Counted from the stretch's first letter, positions 1-7,335 are shown. The stretch is 50,930 bases of DNA from an uncultured Gammaproteobacteria bacterium (GCA_964566145.1 CAZMHN010000002.1:23522-74451), one strand, 5' to 3'. Notes: generated by a model from the letters alone, not told the origin. Translations and numbers: made by a program.

Positions 1-789
1 TTGGCACTTGCGCCGCCCGCCCGAAGGCAGAACCGACTGAAATTTATCCATATGTCTGATTCCGACCCCAACCTGCTGAGTCCGGTGGCCCCGCTCAAGG
101 ACCTGCGCCCTTGGTACCGGCGGCCCTGGTTCATAAGCGTGGCCATCATCGCCGTGCTGTGGTTCGGTTTGCCCCCACTCATCGGCCTGTTCTTGCCTCA
201 GGAGTCGCCCGGCGGGTTCACGGCCATAGTCGGCTCTCCGGCGGCCACGACAGACGGGCTGGCTGACGTCGTCACGTCTGATAGTCCCGTCCTGGGGTTT
301 GCCGCGGCTCCTGTCACCATTGTGGAGTTCGGTGATTTCCAGTGCCCATACTGCCGCCAGGCCGCGCCCATCATGAAGGAACTGCTTAGGCGCTATCCCG
401 ATGCGGTCCGTTTGCAGTACCGGGATTTTCCCATGGGCGATGTCCATCCCCAAGCCGTAGCCGCGGCCGAAGCGGCGCAGTGCGCGCACCAGCAGGGCAA
501 ATTCTGGCAGTACCATGACGCCCTGTTCGCGGGCAATGAAGAACTGCCCGAAGCGCTGTTCCTGTCCATTGCGCGCTCCCTTGGCCTGGACGAGGATGCC
601 TTCACTGCCTGCCGGGAATCCCGCCAGACGCTTCCCGGCATCCGCCGCGACTTCGATGCCGGCGTGGCCGCCGGGGTTCAAGGTACGCCCACTTGGTTTG
701 TGAACGGGCGCCGCATAGAAGGCGCTCTGTCGCTCGAAGTGTGGAACGAAGTAGTGATTGCCGTACTGCGCGCCACGCTTAGCCAGTGA
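1..789 (+). CDS. membrane-anchored DsbA-family thiol:disulfide oxidoreductase, paralog 1 (5' end uncertain: window edge, or ATG at 52)
   Basis: Frame is open to TGA 787-789. It has an N-terminal hydrophobic helix (WFISVAIIAVLWFGLPPLIGLF), a thioredoxin-fold active site (FGDFQCPYC) and a C-terminal GTPTWFVNG loop typical of DsbA/BdbD-like proteins. Confidence 0.8.
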   Translation: MALAPPARRQNRLKFIHMSDSDPNLLSPVAPLKDLRPWYRRPWFISVAIIAVLWFGLPPLIGLFLPQESPGGFTAIVGSPAATTDGLADVVTSDSPVLGFAAAPVTIVEFGDFQCPYCRQAAPIMKELLRRYPDAVRLQYRDFPMGDVHPQAVAAAEAAQCAHQQGKFWQYHDALFAGNEELPEALFLSIARSLGLDEDAFTACRESRQTLPGIRRDFDAGVAAGVQGTPTWFVNGRRIEGALSLEVWNEVVIAVLRATLSQ

Positions 790-818
790 ATCGAAAGTAG
801 CGTCCGCCGCGCGCCTTA

Positions 819-827
819 TGCTATACT
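819..827 (+). promoter_or_regulatory. candidate extended -10 promoter element (TGcTATACT)
   Basis: TG at 819-820 and TATACT at 822-827, 37 nt upstream of ATG 865. No good -35 was seen. Confidence 0.3.
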
Positions 828-864
828 CAACCAGCCATTTATCGATTCATAATCCCATAATTTT

Positions 865-1650
865 ATGGAGCACCAGCACACCATGCCGGCTGAGCCGGTA
901 GGAGAGCGTCCGGGCATGTTCGCCGGCGCCTCGCCTAAGCTTACGTTTATCCTGGGCCTGGTCACCGGCGTGGCGGTTGTGAGCATTGTCGGGTTCGCAG
1001 TGGCCGCCTCATTCGCGTTTTCCGGAAAACTGACCAATAAGGGTCTGAACGCCCCGTCCGCCCAGCAGCCGGCCACAGCCGATCCACAGGAGCCCGCAAC
1101 ACTGGGCCGCGCCGACATCCAGCTGAAGCCGAGCGATTACGTGCAGGGAAGCCCGAACGCGCCCGTGACGATTGTGACCTATTCCGATCTTGAGTGTCCT
1201 TATTGTCAGCGGTTCCACCCGTCAGTCGCTCAATCGCTCCGGGATTATCCGAACCAGGTGAAGTGGGTGTTCCGGCACTTCCCGCTGTCGTTCCACGTCA
1301 ACGCGCAGAAAGAGGCCGAAGCGGCCGAGTGCGTGGGCAAGCTGGGCGGGGCGGAAAAGTACTGGAAATTCATCGACACCATTTTCGAGCGCACGACTTC
1401 GAACGGCACTGGTTTTGCCCTGACCGAGCTTGAGCCGTTAGCCAAAGAGATAGGTGTGAATTCAGGGCAGTTTCGGACATGTCTTGACCAGGGTGAGATG
1501 ACGACCAAGGTCCAGGGGGACCTGCAGGAAGCTTCCGGTTACGGCGTGGGAGGCACGCCGACGACGTTCGTGAACGGCATTCCGGTTGAGGGCGCAGTGC
1601 CGTACGATCAGTTCAAGGCGGCCATTGATCAGGCTTTGTCGGAGCTGTAG
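865..1650 (+). CDS. membrane-anchored DsbA-family thiol:disulfide oxidoreductase, paralog 2
   Basis: TM helix LTFILGLVTGVAVVSIVGFAVAA, active site YSDLECPYC, and GTPTTFVNG loop. Confidence 0.85.
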   Translation: MEHQHTMPAEPVGERPGMFAGASPKLTFILGLVTGVAVVSIVGFAVAASFAFSGKLTNKGLNAPSAQQPATADPQEPATLGRADIQLKPSDYVQGSPNAPVTIVTYSDLECPYCQRFHPSVAQSLRDYPNQVKWVFRHFPLSFHVNAQKEAEAAECVGKLGGAEKYWKFIDTIFERTTSNGTGFALTELEPLAKEIGVNSGQFRTCLDQGEMTTKVQGDLQEASGYGVGGTPTTFVNGIPVEGAVPYDQFKAAIDQALSEL

Positions 1651-1663
1651 GCACGCAAAAGCG

Positions 1664-2284
1664 ATGCGAAAGCAAACAGCCGTTGGATGGTCCGTTGCCG
1701 GCGTAGTGTTCGTTATCGCCGTTGTTTTTCTCATTAGCCGTGCCGCCGACAGGCCTAGCTACGCCGGTCCGACCGGAGTGGTGCGGCCGCCCATGAAGGG
1801 CGGAAGTTCCGCGGCCATTGTGGTCGAGGAATTCTCGGATTTCCAGTGCCCGGCCTGCAAGAGCTCACAGCCCGTGGTCAAAGAAGTGGTCGATACCTTC
1901 GGCGACCGCATCAAGCTGACTTACCGGCATTTCCCCTTGGTATCCATACACACGCAGGCGTTCCGTGCCGCGCTGGCGGCCGAGTGCGCCAACGATCAGG
2001 GCAAGTTCTGGGAGTACCACGACAAGCTGTTCGAGAACCAACCCAACTTCTCGCGCGATGAGCTTGTGTCGTACGCCAACGATTTGGGAATCACGGTGGA
2101 GGGTGAGAGCGGATTCGCGGCCTGTCTGGATTCCCGTGCGCACACGGAAGAGGTCAGGGCCGACATGCGCGAAGGCGATCAGCGCGGCTTGAACGGTACT
2201 CCCACGTTCTACGTGAACGGAGAGCCGGTTCCTGATTGGACCCAGTTGAAACAGGTGATACAGGGCAAGCTGCTAGGGGCGTAG
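1664..2284 (+). CDS. membrane-anchored DsbA-family thiol:disulfide oxidoreductase, paralog 3
   Basis: ATG 1664 lies inside ORF 1586-2284 and was chosen because it directly precedes the TM helix WSVAGVVFVIAVVFLI. Active site FSDFQCPAC and GTPTFYVNG loop. Confidence 0.85.
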   Translation: MRKQTAVGWSVAGVVFVIAVVFLISRAADRPSYAGPTGVVRPPMKGGSSAAIVVEEFSDFQCPACKSSQPVVKEVVDTFGDRIKLTYRHFPLVSIHTQAFRAALAAECANDQGKFWEYHDKLFENQPNFSRDELVSYANDLGITVEGESGFAACLDSRAHTEEVRADMREGDQRGLNGTPTFYVNGEPVPDWTQLKQVIQGKLLGA

Positions 2285-2341
2285 CTTGCGTCTTTAGCGT
2301 AGCGGCCACGCCCTAAAAGGGCGAGGCCGCCGTGGTACACT

Positions 2342-3154
2342 ATGGAAAGTATGTTCGAAGCGTATCTTCCGCAAGCGGAGCTCATAGCCCTAGGCCCCTT
2401 GAGCCTGCGCTGGTACGGACTGCTCATGGCTCTGGGAGCTTTGGCAGGTTATGCCCTGACGCGGCGGATGGCGCGGGAGCGGAGCCTGAACCTTGCCGAG
2501 CTTGATTCCCTGGCGGCAGTCCTTCTGGTGGCGGGCCTTATCGGCGCCCGCGTGTTCGATGTCATTGTTTTTGAACGCGAGTACTTCCTGGGGCGTCCGT
2601 GGGAGGCGCTGGCCGTGTGGCACGGGGGACTGGCGTTCCACGGCGCATTGCTTTTCGGAGCAGCGTCGCTCGCCGTGTGGTGCCGAAGGCGGAGGTATTC
2701 CATGCTTCGGTACCTGGATCTGTTCGCTCCCGCCCTGGCCCTGGGGCAAGCCATAGGCCGCTGGGGCAACTACTTCAACCAAGAGCTTTTCGGGCTTCCT
2801 ACCAGCCTACCGTGGGGCATTCCCATAGCCGTGAATCTGCGGCCGGAGGAGTACCAAACGTTCACGCATTTCCATCCCGTGTTCCTGTATGAATCGGTTC
2901 TGCTCGTCCTGCTGGCCGCGGTGTTGTGGCGCTTGAGAGACAGGTTCGGGGACGGGCGCCTGTTCGGGCTGTACCTTGCGGCCGCTGGAGCGGCTAGGCT
3001 CCTGCTGGAGTTCTTGCGGCTGGATGAACAGTCTTTGTTCCTGGATGTGAGAGCCGGCTTCTGGGTAGCGGGAGCGGCCGTATTCGCGGGTGCGTGGCTG
3101 CTCTGGCGCGCCCGGCATAACTCAAAACCACCCCGCGCAGGCGAGGTGGCGTGA
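2342..3154 (+). CDS. lgt: prolipoprotein diacylglyceryl transferase
   Basis: Polytopic membrane protein with Lgt signatures: GPLSLRWYGLLMALG, HGGLAFHGAL and GRWGNYFNQELFG. Confidence 0.9.
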   Translation: MESMFEAYLPQAELIALGPLSLRWYGLLMALGALAGYALTRRMARERSLNLAELDSLAAVLLVAGLIGARVFDVIVFEREYFLGRPWEALAVWHGGLAFHGALLFGAASLAVWCRRRRYSMLRYLDLFAPALALGQAIGRWGNYFNQELFGLPTSLPWGIPIAVNLRPEEYQTFTHFHPVFLYESVLLVLLAAVLWRLRDRFGDGRLFGLYLAAAGAARLLLEFLRLDEQSLFLDVRAGFWVAGAAVFAGAWLLWRARHNSKPPRAGEVA

Positions 3155-3161
3155 AGTCTGC

Positions 3162-3239
3162 TGGCGGACCCGACCGGATTCGAACCGGCGATCTTCTCCG
3201 TGACAGGGAGACGTGTTAACCGGGCTACACTACGGGTCC
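3162..3239 (-). tRNA. tRNA-Asp (anticodon GTC), CCA encoded
   Basis: The reverse complement folds by eye into a cloverleaf. Acceptor GGACCCG/CGGGTCC; D stem GTGT/ACAC; anticodon stem TCTCC/GGAGA with loop CTGTCAC; T arm GCCGG-TTCGAAT-CCGGT; discriminator G followed by CCA. Confidence 0.9.
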
Positions 3240-3258
3240 GAAAAAGTTTGGCTAAGCC

Positions 3259-3287
3259 ACTGTAGCACGTGCGTGAACCATGTTCAA
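3259..3287 (-). promoter_or_regulatory. sigma70-like promoter for tRNA-Asp (TTGAAC-17-TACAGT)
   Basis: On the - strand, TTGAAC (3282-3287), a 17-nt spacer and TACAGT (3259-3264). The -10 box ends about 20 nt upstream of the tRNA 5' end. Confidence 0.5.
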
Positions 3288-3312
3288 GTGCCGGTCCATA
3301 TCAGCCGCAAGG

Positions 3313-3341
3313 TTGATTTTTATGCTTTTTTGCGCTATACT
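3313..3341 (+). promoter_or_regulatory. sigma70-like promoter (TTGATT-17-TATACT), divergent from the tRNA promoter
   Basis: TTGATT at 3313-3318, a 17-nt spacer and TATACT at 3336-3341, inside an AT-rich stretch. Confidence 0.5.
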
Positions 3342-3373
3342 TATATTTAGAAAGTAAAACAAACACACATAAG

Positions 3374-3544
3374 ATGTTCCATTCCAGGCGTTTTGCAGGG
3401 AAGTATTGCGCGTACCGCAAGGGCCGTTCCTGGCGCAACCGCCAGAGAATACCAGTGGTAGCGCGAACGATTGAGGCATTGCGCAGGGGCATTGAAGTGC
3501 TCCTCATGACCAACGAGCCGCAGGGAAGCACCAAGCCCAGGTAG
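3374..3544 (+). CDS. 56-codon basic small ORF (or an sRNA); below the ORF-track length cutoff
   Basis: ATG 3374 to TAG 3542-3544, translated by hand as MFHSRRFAGKYCAYRKGRSWRNRQRIPVVARTIEALRRGIEVLLMTNEPQGSTKPR. It is bracketed by the promoter at 3313-3341 and the terminator at 3533-3558. No SD and no recognisable family. Confidence 0.3.
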   Translation: MFHSRRFAGKYCAYRKGRSWRNRQRIPVVARTIEALRRGIEVLLMTNEPQGSTKPR

Positions 3545-3558
3545 GGCTTTTTTGTTTT
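3533..3558 (+). terminator. rho-independent terminator
   Basis: Stem AAGCCC (3533-3538) pairs with GGGCTT (3544-3549), loop AGGTA, followed by TTTTGTTTT. Confidence 0.55.
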
Positions 3559-3597
3559 GGAAAAAGTAAGGAGCCTGTCAGTCGTTTGACAGGCTCC
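3558..3597 (-). terminator. rho-independent terminator of the 4577->3620 operon
   Basis: Perfect 11-bp stem GGAGCCTGTCA/TGACAGGCTCC (3570-3597). On the - strand it is followed by TTACTTTTT. Confidence 0.7.
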
Positions 3598-3619
3598 GTT
3601 GTGTGCTGCACCCGGCTGA

Positions 3620-4141
3620 TTATCGCCGGTTTGGCGGGTTCGTGGCCCGGACTTCGCCGGGCTTCCGTACCCGCATTTTGATCTTCTCGACCAAGCTTCT
3701 GGCCGTGTCGTCATCGTCCTCGTCGACGGCCACGGCCAGGCCCTCGACATCTCCGATGCGCTCTTCGTGCTTTAGCACGACGCCATTGAGCGCTTGTACC
3801 TGCGAAGCCAGGTCGGGCTGGTCGGTCTGCTGTGAGGACCGGACATTGAGGCGGAAGATCTCCGCCGCGAGTGAATCCATACGGGACTGCATCTTGGCGA
3901 CCGCGCCGTTCGGTGCGTACTTCGGCATGCTGATATACTGCTTGTGGCCGTCCTGGAGTGTTCGGTAGTACATGTATGTCATGGCTTGTCTAAGCAAGCC
4001 CATGTCGACTGTTTCACTGTCGTCGAGGCTGTCGAGCATGGCGTGGACCGAATCCATCTTGGCCTTGGACCACTGGCCGTCAGCCGACGCCGGTGCGATG
4101 AGCGCGAGGACAGAGATGAAGATGACGAAAAGCGTTTTCAT
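3620..4141 (-). CDS. secreted hypothetical protein (173 aa)
   Basis: Signal peptide MKTLFVIFISVLALIAPASA followed by DGQ. AGGAG lies 8 nt upstream of the ATG. Acidic DEDDDD patch and basic C-terminus. No known motif recognised. Confidence 0.65.
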   Translation of the reverse strand: MKTLFVIFISVLALIAPASADGQWSKAKMDSVHAMLDSLDDSETVDMGLLRQAMTYMYYRTLQDGHKQYISMPKYAPNGAVAKMQSRMDSLAAEIFRLNVRSSQQTDQPDLASQVQALNGVVLKHEERIGDVEGLAVAVDEDDDDTARSLVEKIKMRVRKPGEVRATNPPNRR

Positions 4142-4187
4142 GAGGTGATCTCCTGGTGGAATATTTCAGTGTTGTTGTGTTCAGAAT

Positions 4188-4577
4188 TCAGAATATCGTG
4201 TCTCTTTTTCGCTTGGGCTTTGGAGTCGGAGCGGTGGCAGTGTCTTTGTCCGCAGGTTCTGCGGACGCGACGGATGCTTCTTCCGTTGTGGGGAGCTGCT
4301 CCTCTGGGTCAGCTACCGTCGGGGCAGCAGTCTGATGGACGGCGAGGGCTGTCTTAAGGCTGTCGAGTTGCCTCTGCAATGGTTCGACAGCTCTTTTGAT
4401 CTCTGTGTCGACATATCCAGCCGACGCAAGCGTCATTTTCTCCGCCGGCGCCGGCTTGGCGCTCTGCTCGGTTTTGTTGCCATTCGGCCACACGAGATAG
4501 GACACAAGAGCGATGATAGCGATTATGCCGAGGATTGTAAGTCCGCGGTGCTTCGTGTAAATCTCTTTAATACTCAT
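4188..4577 (-). CDS. N-terminally anchored hypothetical envelope protein (129 aa)
   Basis: TM helix LTILGIIAIIALVSYLVW, a coiled-coil-like segment, then a Pro/Thr/Ala/Glu-rich tail ending KPKRKRDTIF. AGGAG lies 6 nt upstream of the ATG. Confidence 0.65.
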   Translation of the reverse strand: MSIKEIYTKHRGLTILGIIAIIALVSYLVWPNGNKTEQSAKPAPAEKMTLASAGYVDTEIKRAVEPLQRQLDSLKTALAVHQTAAPTVADPEEQLPTTEEASVASAEPADKDTATAPTPKPKRKRDTIF

Positions 4578-4615
4578 GGGTCACTCCTAGGTATTGTTGG
4601 TGAATTGTGTAGTGT

Positions 4616-4803
4616 GTTGTCTGTACTGAACTGGAGGAGCGAATAGTACGAAACACCCGAAGGTGCCGCACATAAGATACGAACCTGCGGCAGAGCCCAG
4701 TTGCACCAGGCCGCTACCGCTGTACGTATCCCGCTTACCCCGTGGCCTTTGCGTGTGAACGCAAGTTCCAACAAGGTCCCCCCTCCATGTCAGTACAGAC
4801 AAC
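4616..4803 (-). promoter_or_regulatory. structured RNA element in the roughly 250-nt 5' leader of the 4577->3620 operon (family unknown; strand inferred from promoter position)
   Basis: A long-range closing helix pairs 4616-4637 with 4782-4803 (14 bp, a 2x2 internal loop, then 6 bp). Nested hairpins are CACC-CGAA-GGTG (4654-4665; cUUCGg on the - strand), CCGCA/TGCGG (4666-4670 with 4686-4690) and TTGCGT-GTGA-ACGCAA (4749-4764). In addition AGCG..GTAC (4638-4649) can pair with GTAC..CGCT (4722-4735). Confidence 0.45.
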
Positions 4804-4832
4804 TACGATTCTCGATTGTCAAAGAACAGAAC

Positions 4833-4861
4833 ACTATAGCGCATTTCGCGAGATTTGTCAA
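4833..4861 (-). promoter_or_regulatory. near-consensus sigma70 promoter (TTGACA-17-TATAGT)
   Basis: On the - strand, TTGACA (4856-4861), a 17-nt spacer and TATAGT (4833-4838). Confidence 0.65.
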
Positions 4862-4912
4862 GAGGTAGGGAGTGATAACCAGATTTAGGCTAAGATAAAA
4901 GCTCTACGCAGG

Positions 4913-4953
4913 TATAAAAAAGAAGGGCTTGTCCAGAATGTGGACAAGCCCTT
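4913..4953 (-). terminator. rho-independent terminator of the 8295->4980 operon
   Basis: 13-bp stem AAGGGCTTGTCCA/TGGACAAGCCCTT (4923-4953) with loop GAATG. On the - strand it is followed by CTTTTTT. Confidence 0.75.
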
Positions 4954-4979
4954 TGATTACTTTCTCCTTTCTTTGGTTT

Positions 4980-7292
4980 TCACTTGATGCGTTGTGCCGT
5001 CACCGTGACGGCTGATTTACCCAGTGTTCCCGGAAGCTCGGTTGAGCCCTTTACAGCCTTGATCCAGGCCTCGTTTCCGTTGGGCCCGGATTCAAACTGG
5101 AACACCACGAGCTGGTTGGACTCGACTGAGACCTTGCCCGGCAACTGGACCCATACTTCGCCTTCGGCCCCCAGCGGGACGGTAATCGTCCAGCCGACCA
5201 TTGTGCCATCCCTGTATTTGAGCCAGAGTGCCGTGATCATGTCGTCCTGGGTCCGTTTGTAGTGGAGCAGGGCCTGAAGATTGAACTGGCCGTTCTTGGC
5301 AGGAATTGTACAGCTATCTGCCCAGATGATGTTCTTCCACAGAGGGTGGCCAACATGCAGGTCGACGTAATCAGGTCCGAAGCTGTCCGTGAACGGCGGT
5401 ATCGCGACGAGCGCCACGTTCATCCTCACCGTCTGCCCCTCAGGCACCGTGATAGAGGTGTCTTTGGGGTAGTATCCCTGCTTTTCCAGCCTGACCGCGT
5501 AAGTACCCGGCTGAACGTCCCTGTCGCCGGTGTTGGTGATGGCGAAGAACGTACTGTTCAGGTATACCGTGGCTCCGCTTGGGGTGGAGTTCACGGCCAG
5601 TCGCGTGGTCGGCTGTGTCGTCGGCGTAAGCGTGAAGTTCAACCGTACAGTTTGTCCCTCGGGTACCGTTACATTGGTATCCTTTGGAACATAGCCTGCC
5701 TTTTCCAGCCGTACCGCATAGGTACCTGGGGTCACGCTCTTGTCGCCCGTATTGGTCAGGGCGAAGAACGTTCCGTTCAGATACACGGCGGCTCCGGTCG
5801 GGGAGGAGGAGATGGAGAGGCGGGTGATAGGCTGGCTGACGGCTGTGAGATTGACGTTAACGCTTACGGATTGCCCTTCAGGTACGGAAATGGTCGTATC
5901 CTTTGTGACATACCCGGTCTTCTCAAGCTTCAGCGTGTGCTGGCCTGGTGCAACGTTGTGGTACCCGGTCGGGGTGGCCGCGAAGAACGCGCCGTCAACA
6001 TACGCGTTGGCGCCGGTCGGAACTGAGGTCACGGACAGTTTCGTAACAGGACTTGTGACGGGCGTAAGCGTAAGGCTTATCCGTACAGTTTGTCCTGACG
6101 GAACTGACACAGTGGTGTCCTTCGAGATATAGCCTGCTTTTTCCAGCCGGAGCGCATGTTGACCTGGTTTTACGTCCATATCTCCGGTATTGGTCTGGGA
6201 AAAGTAGTTGCCGTCCAGGTATACGCTGGCGCCGGTCGGAACGGAAGATACTGCCAGCTTCGTGATCGGCTGGGTGATAGGAATAAGGCTCATGGAAATC
6301 CTGACGGTCTGCCCTTCGGGAACGGATACGACCGTGTCCTTCGGGTGATAGCCGGTTTTTTCCATAGTTACCGTGTACTGTCCTGGCGTAACGTCGCGGT
6401 CGCCTGTTGGGGTGGCCGCGAAGAACGCGCCGTTCAAATACACAGTTGCGCCGGTGGGATTGGAGTTGACCGCCAGCCGAGTTATGATCTGTGTTATCGG
6501 AGCCAGCGCCACGTTCATCCTCACCGTCTGCCCCTCAGGCACCGTGATAGAGGTGTCTTTGGGGTAGTATCCCTGCTTTTCCAGCCTGACCGCGTAAGTA
6601 CCCGGCTGAACGTCCCTGTCGCCGGTGTTGGTGATGGCGAAGAACGTACTGTTCAGGTATACCGTGGCTCCGCTTGGGGTGGAGTTCACGGCCAGTCGCG
6701 TGGTCGGCTGTGTCGTCGGCGTAAGCGTGAAGTTCAACCGTACAGTTTGTCCCTCGGGTACCGTTACATTGGTATCCTTTGGAACATAGCCTGCCTTTTC
6801 CAGCCGTACCGCATAGGTACCTGGGGTCACGCTCTTGTCGCCCGTATTGGTCAGGGCGAAGAACGTTCCGTTCAGATACACGGCGGCGCCGGTCGGGGAG
6901 GAGGAGATGGAAAGCAAGGTTGTGTCCACGAATGTCGCCGGTTTGATGAGCACCGACGCGGTGTCCCAGGCCTGTACTATGCCATTCTTGTAAACATCTA
7001 GGCGGAACGGCATGGTCATTTCTGATTCGGTCTTATTGGCCAGGATTATCGTCTTGGTGCCTGATTTGGTCTGTACGTTCGCGAGCGACGGCTCGAGCTT
7101 GGCTGAGTCGCCGCCGGAGTAAGTCCATATCAGCGTGGTGGCATCGCCATCCTTGATGATGCGCGGACTAGCGTCCAGATTGGCGGTCACCTGTTCTTGT
7201 TCTTCCTGTGGAGCCACCGGCTCTTCGAAGATGCCGGTACAGCCTGCCAGTACGAACAAGAACGCGAAGAACAGAATGAGCTTCAGCTTCAT
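4980..7292 (-). CDS. surface lipoprotein with seven tandem 73-aa PEGA-like repeats (770 aa)
   Basis: Lipobox signal MKLKLILFFAFLFVLAG-C. It has seven consecutive 73-aa units, for example SSPTGAAVYLNGTFFALTNTGDKSVTPGTYAVRLEKAGYVPKDTNVTVPEGQTVRLNFTL. This fits the PEGA pattern (P-x-GA-x-V-x-[LV]-[DN]G ... G-x-Y ... K-x-GY). Unique N- and C-terminal domains flank the repeats. Confidence 0.8.
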   Translation of the reverse strand: MKLKLILFFAFLFVLAGCTGIFEEPVAPQEEQEQVTANLDASPRIIKDGDATTLIWTYSGGDSAKLEPSLANVQTKSGTKTIILANKTESEMTMPFRLDVYKNGIVQAWDTASVLIKPATFVDTTLLSISSSPTGAAVYLNGTFFALTNTGDKSVTPGTYAVRLEKAGYVPKDTNVTVPEGQTVRLNFTLTPTTQPTTRLAVNSTPSGATVYLNSTFFAITNTGDRDVQPGTYAVRLEKQGYYPKDTSITVPEGQTVRMNVALAPITQIITRLAVNSNPTGATVYLNGAFFAATPTGDRDVTPGQYTVTMEKTGYHPKDTVVSVPEGQTVRISMSLIPITQPITKLAVSSVPTGASVYLDGNYFSQTNTGDMDVKPGQHALRLEKAGYISKDTTVSVPSGQTVRISLTLTPVTSPVTKLSVTSVPTGANAYVDGAFFAATPTGYHNVAPGQHTLKLEKTGYVTKDTTISVPEGQSVSVNVNLTAVSQPITRLSISSSPTGAAVYLNGTFFALTNTGDKSVTPGTYAVRLEKAGYVPKDTNVTVPEGQTVRLNFTLTPTTQPTTRLAVNSTPSGATVYLNSTFFAITNTGDRDVQPGTYAVRLEKQGYYPKDTSITVPEGQTVRMNVALVAIPPFTDSFGPDYVDLHVGHPLWKNIIWADSCTIPAKNGQFNLQALLHYKRTQDDMITALWLKYRDGTMVGWTITVPLGAEGEVWVQLPGKVSVESNQLVVFQFESGPNGNEAWIKAVKGSTELPGTLGKSAVTVTAQRIK
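5410..5816. repeat. 407-bp intragenic direct repeat, copy A (PEGA units 6-7)
   Basis: By visual alignment it matches 6505-6911 at an offset of 1095 bp (365 codons, 5 repeat units) with a single mismatch (T 5793 versus G 6888). Confidence 0.9.
6505..6911. repeat. 407-bp intragenic direct repeat, copy B (PEGA units 1-2)
   Basis: Partner of 5410-5816, with one mismatch in 407 bp. Confidence 0.9.
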
Positions 7293-7335
7293 GTGTTGCC
7301 TCTCAGTAATGATGTTTGTGATCTCGTTGATTGCG

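Noticed and set aside
3252-3968. ORFs 3252-3479 (-), 3301-3750 (-) and 3603-3968 (+).
   Set aside because: The - strand ORFs run across an AT-rich promoter region and two convergent terminators. The + strand ORF is antisense to the signal-peptide-bearing gene 3620-4141. None has start signals.
4616-4803. Assigning the structured element to a known family (SRP RNA, 6S RNA, RNase P RNA, c-di-GMP-I or cobalamin riboswitch).
   Set aside because: None of these signatures is present: the SRP GGAA/AGCA helix-8 motif, the RNase P P4 sequences, the rod-like 6S pairing, and the B12 box. The only resemblance to GEMM-I is a short ACGCAAAGG stretch, which is insufficient.
5381-6914. A periodic 219-bp repeat array that might suggest a CRISPR or satellite.
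   Set aside because: The units are contiguous with no spacers, stay in frame, and translate to PEGA-like domains inside one long ORF with a lipoprotein signal.
5262-7001. + strand ORFs 5262-6026 and 6156-7001, which share a long identical peptide.
   Set aside because: They are antisense read-throughs of the PEGA gene. Their identity only mirrors the 407-bp duplication.
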